DNA of 64,000 bases, taken from the NCBI GenBank assembly GCA_963840495.1, contig CAWIZN010000013.1, forward strand, positions 47,110 to 111,109, written 5' to 3'. Below the pieces are notes generated by a model. It was not told where the DNA came from. It made no database searches and saw only the letters and a program-made list of their open reading frames with translations. Position 1 is the first letter of the stretch, and each line of letters opens with the position of its first letter. Positions 47,029 to 59,653 of the stretch are shown one piece after another. The DNA comes from an uncultured Candidatus Rokubacteria bacterium (lineage in GTDB: Bacteria > Methylomirabilota > Methylomirabilia > Rokubacteriales > CSP1-6). The position numbers and the translations under genes were made by a program.

Positions 47029-48184
47029 TGGACTTCCAGCTCGATGCTGCGCAGCAGGCGCTCAAGGCGCGCGCCCGCACGCTGGCCGACGGGGTGTTTC
47101 GTGAGCGCGCCGCGCGCTGGGACGCCGACGAGGAGTATCCCTGGGACAACGTGAAGGATCTGGTGGCGGCCGGCTTCATGGGGCTCGCCATTCCCGGGAG
47201 CACGGCGGATCAGGAGGCTCGCTCCTCGACGTGCTCCTGGTCGTCGAGGAGATCGCCCGGGTCTGCGGCGTCACGGCCCGGATCGTCGTCGAGGGCAATG
47301 TCGGGGCGGTCGGCGCGCTCATCGCGTACGGCACCGAGGCGCAGAAGCGCCGGTACCTGCCCTGGGTGCTCGAAGGGGACAAGCCGGCCATCGCCATCAC
47401 GGAGCCCGAGGCGGGCTCGGCCGCCACCGATCTGGTGACCCGCGCCGACGAGGCTCCCGACGGGTGGGCGCTCCACGGTGAGAAGCGGTGGATCACGGGG
47501 GCGGGGGTCTCGCGGCTGCACCTCGTGTATTGCCGGATGAGCGCGGCGCCGGGCGCCGAGGGGATCGGCGGCATTCTGGTGGAGCGCGACACGCCGGGCT
47601 TCCGAGTCGGCGAGCGCGACCGCACGATGGGGCTTCGGGGGATTCCCGAGGGACGGCTGCACTTCGACGCGTGTCGGGTATCCAGGGAGCAGGTGCTCGT
47701 CGCTCCGCCCGACGGCTTCAAGAAGCTGATGAGCGCCTACAATAGCCAGCGGCTCGGCGCCGCCACGGTGGCCCTCGGGCTCGCCCAGGGCGCGTATGAG
47801 CTGGCGCTGGCCTACGCCATGGAGCGCCGGCAATTCGGGCGCGCCATCGGCGACTTCCAGGGCATTCGCTGGAAGCTCGCCGACATGGCGATCAAGCTCG
47901 ACGCGGCCCGCCTGCTCATCCATCGCGCCGCCGTCAACGCGGGCTCGCGGTTTCCCGATGCGCTCGAGGCGGCCAAGGCCAAGACCTTCGCCGCCGAGAT
48001 GGCCCAGGAGGTGACGGGCCAGGCCCTTCAGGTCCATGGCGCGGCGGGCTATGGACGCGCGCTTCCGATCGAGCGCATGGTCCGCGACGCCCGGATGTTC
48101 GCCATCGGCGGCGGCACCGTCGAGATGATGCGCAACCTCATCGCCGATCGCATCCTGCCGACGCGCGCCGACTTCCGGCGCTGA
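47028..48184 (+). CDS. Acyl-CoA dehydrogenase (frameshift near 47200)
   Basis: MDFQL.. N-terminus; ITEPEAGS, GEKRWIT, RRQFGRAI, IGGGTVEM. Confidence 0.9.
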
Positions 48185-48238
48185 GCGCCGTCCATCGATC
48201 CGGGGCGGAGACCCTGAGGGCCTGAGTGCAGCGCGGCT

Positions 48239-48835
48239 TCAATGGCCGCCGGGCATCAGCGGGAAGTGGAAGAAGGAGAAGTATCCGTTGAGGGTGAGGA
48301 GGGCGCCCGCCACGGCCAGCAGCAGGCCGAAGCTGAAGATCGCTCCGGAGCGCGCGAGAATGGACACGGAGGCCATCACGATGGCGATTTGTAAGATCGC
48401 CTCGGCGAAGAGGAAGTACGGATCCTTGGCCTGCCAGACGTCGCGCTCGTGCTCGAGCTTCTTGGCCTCCTTCTCGATATCTTTCTTCTCGTCGTTGTAG
48501 CGCTTCTCTTCCTCCGCGAAGCGCTTCATGAGCGCGTCGAGCTTGTCGCGGACTTCCGGCTTGACGGAGTCGCCGCGCTCGAGCAGGTCCACCTCCAACC
48601 GGAGCTTCTGCCCCCGGTACTGGTGCTCGCGGATCACCTTGGCCTGGTAGAACGCCCACTGGTCGGAGGACTTCTGCTGGGCGAGGAGCATCTCCTTCAT
48701 GGCGTGGTTGCCGCCGAGGGCGGCGATGGCGAGGAGCACCGCAAAGACGGCGGTGACGAGGGCGACGCGCCGGGAGAAATGGTCCTCCCGGCGCTCGTGC
48801 AGCTCTTCGGGATTGGGGAGCTCGACCTCCGCCAT
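48239..48835 (-). CDS. DUF4337-like membrane protein
   Basis: SDQWAFYQAK, LQIAIVMAS. Confidence 0.8.
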   Translation of the reverse strand: MAEVELPNPEELHERREDHFSRRVALVTAVFAVLLAIAALGGNHAMKEMLLAQQKSSDQWAFYQAKVIREHQYRGQKLRLEVDLLERGDSVKPEVRDKLDALMKRFAEEEKRYNDEKKDIEKEAKKLEHERDVWQAKDPYFLFAEAILQIAIVMASVSILARSGAIFSFGLLLAVAGALLTLNGYFSFFHFPLMPGGH

Positions 48836-48844
48836 GGCCGCGGC

Positions 48845-49159
48845 TCAGACGCCGCTTTGACCGCGATCGATCTCCTCTTTCATGGCGGCGCGCCCGGCTT
48901 CGAACGCCGACGTGAGCCGCTGCGTCTGCTCCTCGAAGTACTCGCGTCCCTTGTCGAAGATGTCGCCGGCTCGCGATTGCGTATCGCCCGCCGCGTCCTG
49001 CGCCTTCTTGAACCAGTCGCCCCCGCGCTCGGCCAAGAGCTCGCGCGTCTCGCGCCCGCTCTTCGGTGCCATCAACAGGGCGGCGGCGGCGCCGGCCACG
49101 GCGCCGAGAAAGAACCAGCCCAGATAGCCTGCCGCATCAGGTCCACGCTCCCCCGACAT
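48845..49159 (-). CDS. YtxH-like protein
   Basis: FFLGAVAGAAAALLMAPKSGRETRE. Confidence 0.88.
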   Translation of the reverse strand: MSGERGPDAAGYLGWFFLGAVAGAAAALLMAPKSGRETRELLAERGGDWFKKAQDAAGDTQSRAGDIFDKGREYFEEQTQRLTSAFEAGRAAMKEEIDRGQSGV

Positions 49160-49190
49160 GGTCAATCCCTTCCTTTCCGGCTCGCGTTGC

Positions 49191-49568
49191 CTACCGCGCG
49201 GCCTTGAGTCTTCGGACGAAGACGTCGAGCCCCTTCTTCACTCCGGCGGCCAGGCTCACGTACTGGCCGAATCGGGTGAGGCCGCCCACGGCGACGACCA
49301 CCTTCGAGACCTTGATCGACACGTCCTCCGCCCGCCGCACGACCACCCTGATCCTCCTCAGTTCCTCGTTGGCGCCCTGAGAAAGGTCCCGCAGGTCCGC
49401 GATCAGGGACTCGAGCTGGCTCAGCATGGGCCGAATCTCGCGCTCGACCACGTGCAAGACACTCTCCGCCCGGAGCGCCGTCTTCCTGAGTGCCAGGAGT
49501 GTCCAGACGAGGACGGCGCTCACCACCACGACGCAGAGGACGATGATGGCCACGGCGAGGGGCGTCAT
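49191..49568 (-). CDS. DUF948/YtxG-like membrane-anchored coiled-coil protein
   Basis: N-terminal TM then coiled coil; upstream of the ytxH-like gene. Confidence 0.75.
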   Translation of the reverse strand: MTPLAVAIIVLCVVVVSAVLVWTLLALRKTALRAESVLHVVEREIRPMLSQLESLIADLRDLSQGANEELRRIRVVVRRAEDVSIKVSKVVVAVGGLTRFGQYVSLAAGVKKGLDVFVRRLKAAR

Positions 49569-49577
49569 AGGCCTCGG

Positions 49578-49667
49578 AGTATGGCGTCGACGGGTGCGTG
49601 AAGTCAATCGACGGCTCGTGAAAAATGCCTGCATTCATTGACTTTCCCGCCATCTGGCCGCTATACT
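49578..49667. promoter_or_regulatory. Divergent sigma70 promoters
   Basis: Plus TTGACT-N18-TATACT (49638-49667); minus TTGACT-N18-CATACT (49607-49578). Confidence 0.65.
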
Positions 49668-49717
49668 CGGCCGTCGCTAACGCACCCGTTGGCACCTCCG
49701 TAAGGAGCACCGAGCGC

Positions 49718-51264
<1,547 letters not shown>

Positions 51265-51268
<4 letters not shown>

Positions 51269-52950
51269 CACCGCCCGATATCGGTCCCGAAGCCCGCCGG
51301 CGCATCGAGGACGCCAGGAGGTCGTGGGAGGAGCGCACGCTCAAGCCCGCGCTGGCGAAGTCGCCCGACCGCCCGGCACTGTTCACGGGATCGGGCGGGG
51401 CACCCGCGGAGCGCCTCGGGACCCCCGCCGAGGTGGGCGACCTCGACTACCTCGGCGATCTCGGGTTTCCGGGGGAGTTTCCGTATACGCGCGGCGTCCA
51501 GCCCACGGGCTACCGAGGGCGGCTCTGGACCATGCGGCAGTATGCGGGCTTCGGCGCAGCAGGGGAGACCAACAAGCGCTTCCGCTACCTCCTCGCCCAG
51601 GGCCAGAGCGGGCTCAGCGTGGCGTTCGACCTGCCGACCCAGATGGGGTATGACGCCGACCATCCGATGGCGCAGAGCGAAGCGGGCAAGGTCGGGGTGG
51701 CGATCTCGAGCGTGGCCGACATGCAGGAGCTTCTCGAGGCGATTCCTCTCGACCGCGTGTCGACCTCGATGACGATCAATGCCACCGCGTCCATCCTGCT
51801 CTGCCTGTACATCGCGGTGGCCGAGCGCCAGGGGGTGCCGTCCGAGAAGCTCTCCGGGACCGTGCAGAACGACATCCTGAAGGAATACATCGCCCGCGGC
51901 ACCTACGTGTTCCCGCCGGGGCCGTCCATGCGGCTGATCACCGACACGTTCGCCTTCTGCCGTGAGCGCGCCCCGCGCTGGAACACGATCTCGATCTCCG
52001 GCTATCACGTCCGCGAGGCGGGGTGCACGGCGGCCCAGGAGGTCGCGTTCACCCTGGCCAACGGCATCGCGTACGTCGCCGCCGCTCGGGATGCGGGGCA
52101 GGACGTCGATGACTTCGCGCCGCAGCTCTCGTTCTTCTTCAACGCCCACAACAATCTCCTCGAGGAGGTGGCCAAGTTCCGGGCGGCCCGCCGGATGTGG
52201 GCGCGCATCATGCGCGAGCGCTTCAAGGCCCGGGACCCGCGCTCCCAGATGCTTCGCTTCCATGCCCAGACCGCGGGGAGCACGCTCACCGCCCAGCAGC
52301 CGGAGAACAACATCGTCCGCGTCGCCGTCCAGGCCCTCGCCGCGGTCCTCGGCGGCTGCCAGTCGCTCCACACCAACTCGATGGACGAGGCGCTCTCGCT
52401 GCCCAGCGAAGCGGCCGTGCGCATCGCGCTTCGCACCCAGCAGGTGCTCGCCCACGAGTCGGGGGTCGCCGATACCGTGGACCCTCTCGGAGGCGCCTAC
52501 TCCGTCGAGCGGCTGACTCGCGACATCGAAGAGGAAGCCCTTGCCTACATCGCGAAGATCGATGGGCTCGGCGGCTCCGTGCACGCCATCGCCTTCATGC
52601 AGCGCGAGATCCAGGAAGCCGCCTACCGCTACCAGCAAGAGGTGGAGTCGCGCGCGCGCGTGGTGGTGGGCGTCAACGACTTCGTCATGGAGGAGCCGCC
52701 GCCGGGCAACCTCTTCCAGGTGGACCCGAGCCTCGGTGTCGCGCTCGCCGAGCGCCTCGATCGCTTGCGCAAGACGCGGGACGCCGGCGAGGCCGAGCGA
52801 GCGCTGGAGGCGGTGGATCGCGCGGCGCGCGGACCGGTCAATCTCCTCCCGCCCATCCTCGATGCCGTCCGGGCGCAGGTGACGCTCGGCGAGCTCTGCC
52901 AGACCCTGCGAGGTGTCTTCGGTGTCCATCAGCCGTCCGTCGTCATCTAA
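51265..52950 (+). CDS. Methylmalonyl-CoA mutase, substrate-binding subunit (no B12 domain)
   Basis: WTMRQYAGF (Tyr) and [13 protein letters not shown] (Arg), the MCM-type residues; no DxHxxG motif. Confidence 0.9.
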
Positions 52951-52951
52951 G

Positions 52952-53761
52952 GTGTTCACGGCGGCCCGGCTCGTCGCGTCGGCGCTGGCGGTCGCAATGC
53001 TCGTGTCCCCCTCGGCGGCGTCGGCGGGGGCTGCCGATCAGGTGGGCGCGACGTTCGGGCTCATGATCCAGGACGTCGTCGCGGCGTTTCCGGCCGTTGA
53101 AGGAATGGTGGTCGCGGTGGAGGGCGACCGCATCTACCTCGACCTGACCGGGAAGGACGGTGTGCAGCCGGGCCAGGAGTTCACCATCTTCCGCAAGGGC
53201 GACGTGTTTCGGCACCCGATCAACGGCCGCCCGTTGGGCCGCTACGAGCAGGTGCTGGGTCATGCCCAGGTTCAGCGGGTGCTGCCGCAATTCTCCGAGG
53301 CCGTCTACGTCGCTGCCGACGGCCAGTCGATAGCCCGGGCGGAGGACGGCGTGCGCATTACCAAGGGCAGGATCCGCGTGGCCGTGGCCCCGACCACCGA
53401 TCTCACCAGCGCCAATGCCGACCTGCGCCGGGTGCCGTTCATGATCGCCCATGCGCTCAGTGAGACGAAGCGCTTTCAGTCCGCCGATCCCTCCGCGGTC
53501 CAGGAGCTTCTGTTGACCCAGAAGACGCGGAGCGAGGAGCTCCTCGTGCGTCCGGACAAGGCGGTGGCGGTCGCCAAGCCGCTCGAGATCACGGGATGGC
53601 TGGTGCCCGTTCTCATCGAGCGCCGGGGAGTGACCTATCTCGACATCACGTGGGTGTCGGCGGTCACGGGAGCGGCGCTCTTCTCGCGGCGACTCGCCTT
53701 GACTCGGGCGGAGGCAGCGGCTGAGCAGCGATTCCCCTGGGAGCCGGTGCCTCAAGACTAG
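52952..53761 (+). CDS. Exported protein with FlgT C-terminal-like domain
   Basis: Signal peptide; EGMVVAVEGDRIYLDL..FRHPINGRPLG. Confidence 0.65.
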   Translation: MFTAARLVASALAVAMLVSPSAASAGAADQVGATFGLMIQDVVAAFPAVEGMVVAVEGDRIYLDLTGKDGVQPGQEFTIFRKGDVFRHPINGRPLGRYEQVLGHAQVQRVLPQFSEAVYVAADGQSIARAEDGVRITKGRIRVAVAPTTDLTSANADLRRVPFMIAHALSETKRFQSADPSAVQELLLTQKTRSEELLVRPDKAVAVAKPLEITGWLVPVLIERRGVTYLDITWVSAVTGAALFSRRLALTRAEAAAEQRFPWEPVPQD

Positions 53762-53781
53762 GCCGGACGAATCTGCTATGC

Positions 53782-54516
53782 TTGCGCCGCGTCATGAAGG
53801 GTTCCACCACCACCGTCCGCCTGATCGCGGGCCTCTGCACGGTCGGCTTGCTTTCGGGCGGCTGCGTCAGCGTGCGCGAGCTGGCCGGCTTTGCGCCTCA
53901 AGGGGATCCGAGCGTCGCGCTCCGCCCAAGCGAGCCCAAGTGGCTCTTGATCAAGAATCCGCGCTTCGGGGAGGTCGCGAGCGAGCCGGAGTACATCTGG
54001 GTCGAAGAGGACAAGGTCCCCACCACCATGAAGAGCCTGATCTTCGGGAAGTCGAGCATGATCGCGCCGCCGGAGATCGTCGCGAAGTATGGCGCCCCTC
54101 CGGGTGGTGGGAGGATCAGCCCGCGGCAGGGCGGGGCCTACAAGCTCGAGAACCTGGCGCCGCTCGCCGACGCGCCGCGCAGCTCCGTGGCCGCCGCATC
54201 CACCTCGACGCGCACCGATGCCGTCCGGGGCCCCGCGCCCGGCGGTAAACGCGGGTACGTCGTCTTCGTCGATACCTCGCGCGTCGTCATCGACCTGGCG
54301 GCCGCCGATGGCGTGAGGCTCGGCAGCACCGTGAGCCTTCGCCGCGACAAGGTCGCCATCGTGCACCCGATCACCGGCGAGCTCCTCGGGGAGCTGGACG
54401 AGGAAGTCGCTTCGGGGAAAGTCGTGGAAATCCAGGACAAGTTCTCGGTGGTCGAGCTCCAGAGCCTTCCATCGGGAGCGCAGGTCAAGGTGAAAGACCG
54501 CGTCGTCGTCCGTTGA
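53782..54516 (+). CDS. Lipoprotein with FlgT C-terminal-like domain
   Basis: Lipobox-like LSGGC; VVIDL..IVHPITGELLG. Confidence 0.65.
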   Translation: MRRVMKGSTTTVRLIAGLCTVGLLSGGCVSVRELAGFAPQGDPSVALRPSEPKWLLIKNPRFGEVASEPEYIWVEEDKVPTTMKSLIFGKSSMIAPPEIVAKYGAPPGGGRISPRQGGAYKLENLAPLADAPRSSVAAASTSTRTDAVRGPAPGGKRGYVVFVDTSRVVIDLAAADGVRLGSTVSLRRDKVAIVHPITGELLGELDEEVASGKVVEIQDKFSVVELQSLPSGAQVKVKDRVVVR

Positions 54517-55540
54517 CCCTCCCTTCCCCCTCCCGTTCCGTGAAGGCCCCGACGCCGCTCGAGGCATTGCTGAAGGACCGCGTCGCCCTCGCCGTGGGCG
54601 GAGAGCTCCGGGCCATCGAGGACGCGATCACCGCGGAGATCGCCTCGTCCGTCCCTCTCGTTCCGAGATGGGCGAGTTCATCGCGGGCGCGGGTGGCAAG
54701 CGCCTGCGCCCCATCCTCCTCCTGATCGCCGCTCGCCTCGCCGGATACCAGGGGCCACGCGCCGTCCGCATGGGCTGTGTCGTCGAGTTGTTGCACACGG
54801 CGACGCTCATCCACGACGACGTCGTGGACCAGGCACCCCTCCGCCGCGGCCGCCCTTCCGCCAACGCGCGCTGGGGAGACGACGCCTCCATCCTCGTCGG
54901 CGATCATTTGTACTCGAAGTCCTTTGCGCTCATGGTGGGAGACGGCGATCCGCGCGTGCTGGACACCCTGGCCCGCGCCACGGTTTCGATGACCGAGGCG
55001 GAGGTGTTCCAGCTCGAGCGCAAGCGCAGCGGCACGACCAGCGAAGCCGACTACCTGCGGATCATCACGCAGAAGACGGCGTCCTTCATGTCGGCCTGCT
55101 GCCGGATCGGAGGCATGCTCGGCGGGGCGGAACCCGAGCAGGTGGACGGGCTCACGCGCTACGGACTCGACATCGGCATTGCGTTTCAGATCAGCGACGA
55201 TTCGCTCGACTTCGTCGCTGATCAGGCGCGCCTCGGCAAGGCGGTGGGAGCGGACCTCAAGGAAGGCAAGCGCACGCTGCCCCTCATCGCCACCCTCGAT
55301 CGCGCCGAGCCGGCCGAGCGCGAGCGAATCCAGTCCCTGCTCAAGAGCCACGCCCTCGATCCCGCGGAGATCGAGGAGATCCGCCGCCTCGTGGTCAAGT
55401 ACGAGGGCATCGAATACGCGCTGGCGCGCGCTCACGCGTACGCGCAGACGGCGAAAGAGGCGCTGGCGCCCTTCCCCGACTCCGAGGACAGGGACACGCT
55501 CGTGCTCGTCGCCGATTTCGTCGTCGATCGCGATCGCTGA
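54513..55540 (+). CDS. ispB: Polyprenyl diphosphate synthase (frameshift near 54665)
   Basis: GGKRLRP, LIHDDVVD, FQISDD, DLKEGKRT. Confidence 0.85.
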
Positions 55541-55775
55541 GCGGGCGCGTCGCCCGAGGGGCGAGCCCGGAGGATCGGCCGCACGCACACCATCGGCCTC
55601 GACGTTGGGAGTGCTTTGGGGGGCGTGCTTCGGGGCCTTCGCTGACCGACGCGGGATTGCATCGCCGTCGGGACGCGTCGGCGCTGATCGGTCGGTGGAC
55701 GCCTTCGGGAGCAACCGCTCCCAGAACGTGCTCGCAGGCGCGCCACCCGCGGCGGATTCGGGCCGAGCGGCGGTC

Positions 55776-56144
55776 CTACTCGGTCCCGGAGGACTTCGCG
55801 GGCGTGCTCGGCTTCGGCGTGCTCTTCGCGGCTTCCCCCGAGGCGCCCGAGTTCCCGGAGGAGGGGGAGCTGGACGAGGAGCTCCCGTCGCCCGTGCTGG
55901 GCTTCGACTCCGACGACGATGACGAAGTTCCTCCGGACTCGCTGCTGAGCGCCTTCTTGCGGGACTCGGACGGGTAGTCGGTCACGTACCACCCGCCCCC
56001 CTTGAGGATGAACGGGGTGGCGTTCAGCAAACGATGGATGGGCCCGCCGCAGCGGTCACACGTGGTGAAAGCGGGCTCCGAGATCCGCTGCTTCACTTCA
56101 AAGACGCGCGGACACTTGGGGCACTCGTATTCGTAGGTCGGCAC
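55776..56144 (-). CDS. FmdB-family zinc-ribbon protein with Ser-rich tail
   Basis: PTYEYECPKC..CDRCG..FILKGGGWYVTDY. Confidence 0.9.
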   Translation of the reverse strand: MPTYEYECPKCPRVFEVKQRISEPAFTTCDRCGGPIHRLLNATPFILKGGGWYVTDYPSESRKKALSSESGGTSSSSSESKPSTGDGSSSSSSPSSGNSGASGEAAKSTPKPSTPAKSSGTE

Positions 56145-56160
56145 GGATCTCAGAGTTAAC

Positions 56161-56850
56161 ATGTGGCAAATGACCGTGTCAAGGCGATGGGGATGTCTCT
56201 GCCTCTTCGCGCTCGGCTCGGCGCTCGCTCTCGCCGGCTGCGCCTCGACCCAGGATCGAGAGGTGCAGCGCCTGCGCGCGCGCGCCACCTACGAGCAGGG
56301 ACTGAGCCATCTGAGCGACAAGCGCGTGTCGCTCGGCCTGGCCTCGTTCCAGGAGGCCGCCCGCCTGGATCCGAGCGCGCCGCTCTACCACAACACCCTG
56401 GGTGTGGTGTACCTGCACTATCTCTCCAAGCCGATCGAGGCGCAGGCGGAGTTCCAGCGGGCGATCGACCTCGATCCCTCGTATGCCGAGGCCCTGACGA
56501 ACCTGGGGGTGACCCTGGCCCAGCAGGGGCGGTGGGAGGACGCCATTGCCGCCTATCGCAAGGCCATCTCACTCCCCATCTACCCGAGCCCTGAGGTCGC
56601 CTATGCCAATCTGGGGTGGGCCTACCTCAACCTCAATAAGCCCAGGGAAGCCGAGGAGTCCTATCGGGCGGCCGTACAGCTCCAGCCGAGGTTTTCCCAG
56701 GCCTACTACTTCCTCGGGGTCGTTCTGGACCGCCAAGGCCGAAAAGACGAGGCCAAGGCGGCGTTTCGGAGCGCCAGGGACCTCGATCCCGACTCCCCGT
56801 TCGGCCAAAAGGCCGGGGACCTCCTGAAGGCCATGGGGGAAGGGGGGTGA
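56161..56850 (+). CDS. TPR lipoprotein (PilF/PilW-like)
   Basis: Lipobox LAGC; several TPR repeats (ALTNLG, AYANLG); possible start at 56170. Confidence 0.82.
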   Translation: MWQMTVSRRWGCLCLFALGSALALAGCASTQDREVQRLRARATYEQGLSHLSDKRVSLGLASFQEAARLDPSAPLYHNTLGVVYLHYLSKPIEAQAEFQRAIDLDPSYAEALTNLGVTLAQQGRWEDAIAAYRKAISLPIYPSPEVAYANLGWAYLNLNKPREAEESYRAAVQLQPRFSQAYYFLGVVLDRQGRKDEAKAAFRSARDLDPDSPFGQKAGDLLKAMGEGG

Positions 56851-57126
56851 CTCGCCGGAGGCCGAGCGGAATGGCTGGGGCGCCCCTGTTTTTCCTTGAC
56901 GCCATTCGGGGTTCCGAGTTAAAACTGTGCAGCGTTTTGGGGTCCCTGCTCCCCCTCTGTCCATGGGGGGCACGCGAAGGTTGTCTGTACTGAGTCACAA
57001 GAGAGGAGGGTGTCGGAGGCAAGCGCGGAACACCTCCCGCGTGCTGCACCGTCGTTGCGCGTACGGTTCACTCAAGCAGACAAGCCAGTCGTGAGGCAGT
57101 TAAACCGCACAGATGAGGAGGCGGTA

Positions 57127-58787
57127 ATGAGAAGGATTTTCGTTCTCGCTCTCGCCGCATTAGCCCTCCTCGGGGTGGTCACGCCCGACGCGTTTGCTCA
57201 GGCGCCGACCCCGACCTTCAAGATCAACGGGCTAATCGACCAGGTGACGTCTTACACGCGTAATATCAGCCTCTACGATTCAAACCTAGCCACCAACGAC
57301 ACGCAATGGTATGGCCGTACCCGTGGCCGCCTCGACTTCATCGGCGAAGTGGGCAAGGCCAAGGGCGTGGTCGGGATCGAGATGGACCTGGCCTACGGCC
57401 AGACGGGAGCGGGCGACAACAACATCCAAACGACTGGCGCCCAGGTCTGTAACGGGTGCACCGGCAGCTTTGACCTCAACACTGACGTCCGGACCGTCAT
57501 CGAGTTGAAGTGGCTCTACACGGAATTCGAGGTGCCGTTGATTCCCGTGCCGACCGTGGCCCGGATCGGTGCCCAGCCCTTCGGCTCGGCGGCCACCTAC
57601 AAGGTGGGCACGTACGCCACCGGTGACTTCGCCGGCGTGAACCTTGTCACCACGATCACGCCTAACGTGAAGCTCGACTTCACCTACGTGCAGGTGGAGG
57701 AACAGCTCACGGGTTGCACGGAGCCCCCCTGCACGGGCACCGTGGGTGGGATTTCTTTCGCCCAGCTCCGCGGCGATGACTTCTCGATCATCGCGTCGCC
57801 GGAGATCACGCCGATCAAGGGCCTCGACCTCAAGCCGATCTACTCGTACTTCTACGCCAGCGGCACCACCAACGTCGCTTCGCGCTCAGGGGCGTGGCGG
57901 GGTCAACACCACCACCGCTTTCACCGCTCCCAATGGCAACTGGAGGGCCGGCATCAACGAGAACCGCCATACGGTCGGCCTCGATTCGCGGCTGCGCATG
58001 GGGCCGTTCTCGCTTGACACGGCCCTGATATATCAGTTCGGCAACCGCAACGTCGTCGTGCCGGGCGTGCCAGGGGGCGTGTGTACTGCGACCAACGGCC
58101 AGAACTGCTTGGCCTTCGCCTCCGGCAAGGCGCCGGGATCGATTGCCAAGGCCGACATTTCCGCCGGGCTCTTCGACGCTCGGGCGGGCTTCCAGATCGG
58201 TCCGTTGCTCCTGGAAGCCATGTACATGTTCACCTCGGGTAATAAGGCGAAGGATACCACGCTCAACAACGTCTATTATTACCAGCCGCTCTCCACGGAC
58301 ACGGGCTACCTGGCTGACTGGGGCACGCAGATCAGCTCCCTGGGTCTGGACTACTTCAACGGGAACGCCGCGGGGGCCAGCTATCCCGGGGTAACCATCG
58401 GCTGGGACAAGTACGGCCGGCAGCAGGTCTCTGCCAAGGCCAGCTATTTCTTGACGCCGACCCTGACCATGATGGGCGGCGCAGCCGTGCTCCTCACGCA
58501 TCGGAAGATCGACACGGACGCCATCACCGGAGTCAGCCCCGGTGGTATCCCGGGCGGTGGTCTCCTCCCGGCGTATGCGACCGGTCAGCAGGCCGGTGAT
58601 ACCAACTACCTGGGCACCGAGCTCTTCGGTGAAGTGACCTGGAATTTCGCTCCGGGTCTGTCCTGGGGCAACGCCGCCGGCTACGTGTTCACCGGCTCGG
58701 GCCTGGATGCCTTCACGACTGGCGGGCGGCTCGCGCACTGCGAAGGACATCTTCATCATGTCGTCCCGCCTGCGCTTCACGTTCTAG
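57127..58787 (+). CDS. Outer-membrane beta-barrel / porin-like protein (frameshifts near 57890 and 58730)
   Basis: Signal peptide (AFA-Q), alternating aromatic beta-strands, C-terminal ..MSSRLRFTF*, GAGGAGG RBS, downstream hairpin. Confidence 0.8.
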
Positions 58788-58806
58788 CTCGGACAAGCTG
58801 CGCCGC

Positions 58807-58836
58807 GGCGGGCCCGGAGGAAACTCCGGGCCCGTT
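58807..58836 (+). terminator. Terminator-like hairpin after the porin
   Basis: GGCGGGCCCGGAG-GAAA-CTCCGGGCCCGTT; weak U-tract. Confidence 0.6.
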
Positions 58837-58896
58837 GTCGTTCCGCAGGGGGTTCGCTCTGTTGCCGTTGGCACCTCTCGAGGGGTATAGTGGCGT

Positions 58897-59643
58897 ATGC
58901 CCGCTGTCCGCTCGTTTCTCATTCTATTGGGCTGCCTGGTTCTGTCCCTCCCTGCAGCGAGTGCGGAGGAGTACCGGCTCCAGGTGGCGAATCTCTATCG
59001 CGATAGCTTCGCTCACTTCATCGACGGCCCCATCCGGACGGGCTCGGGAGAGCTCGCGATGTCCAACCTCGAGCGCGCGCTCGACTCCGGCGATATCAGT
59101 CCCGGGGCCCTGCTCACCGATCGTGTCTTTCGCTATGGCTGGGATGAGATCCTCCGCGGCTTTGGAGCCGTGAAGGTTCGTGCATCCGTGAATCCTGGCG
59201 AAGGCCGGCGTCGGTGGGATGAGGCGGTCTGGGAAGGCAAGCCCGGGGAGAGGAGCGTGTTCGTGATCGCCGCCTCGGCGACGAACCACCAGGAGGTGTT
59301 CCAGGTCGCGCTCAATGCCAAAGCCGAGGGCTCGACCTTGCGGTACTACGTGCCGTACAAGGTGACCGGGAACCCGCAACCTCGCCCCCAGGTCGCCTAT
59401 CCGCTCGTGTTTCTTAGCTTTCACGCGGATCGCGGCGATCTCTGGAACCGCTATCTCTCTCGGTCCGTGTCGCTGGCCGATGGTCTGGCGGCCGTGATCG
59501 GTATCAACGAGAACCCGAGCTTCGCCGACTGGGTCTACTTCGTCGTGGAGCATCCGCCGAGGCCGGCCACTTTCAAGGCCGCCATCGGGTGGGAACGTCG
59601 GCGGTCAGGAGACAGGTCCAACTTTGAGGGCTGGAGGCCTTAG
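58897..59643 (+). CDS. Hypothetical exported protein
   Basis: Signal peptide ending ASA; TATAGT box just before the ATG. Confidence 0.7.
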   Translation: MPAVRSFLILLGCLVLSLPAASAEEYRLQVANLYRDSFAHFIDGPIRTGSGELAMSNLERALDSGDISPGALLTDRVFRYGWDEILRGFGAVKVRASVNPGEGRRRWDEAVWEGKPGERSVFVIAASATNHQEVFQVALNAKAEGSTLRYYVPYKVTGNPQPRPQVAYPLVFLSFHADRGDLWNRYLSRSVSLADGLAAVIGINENPSFADWVYFVVEHPPRPATFKAAIGWERRRSGDRSNFEGWRP

Positions 59644-59653
59644 CGCCGTGTCC

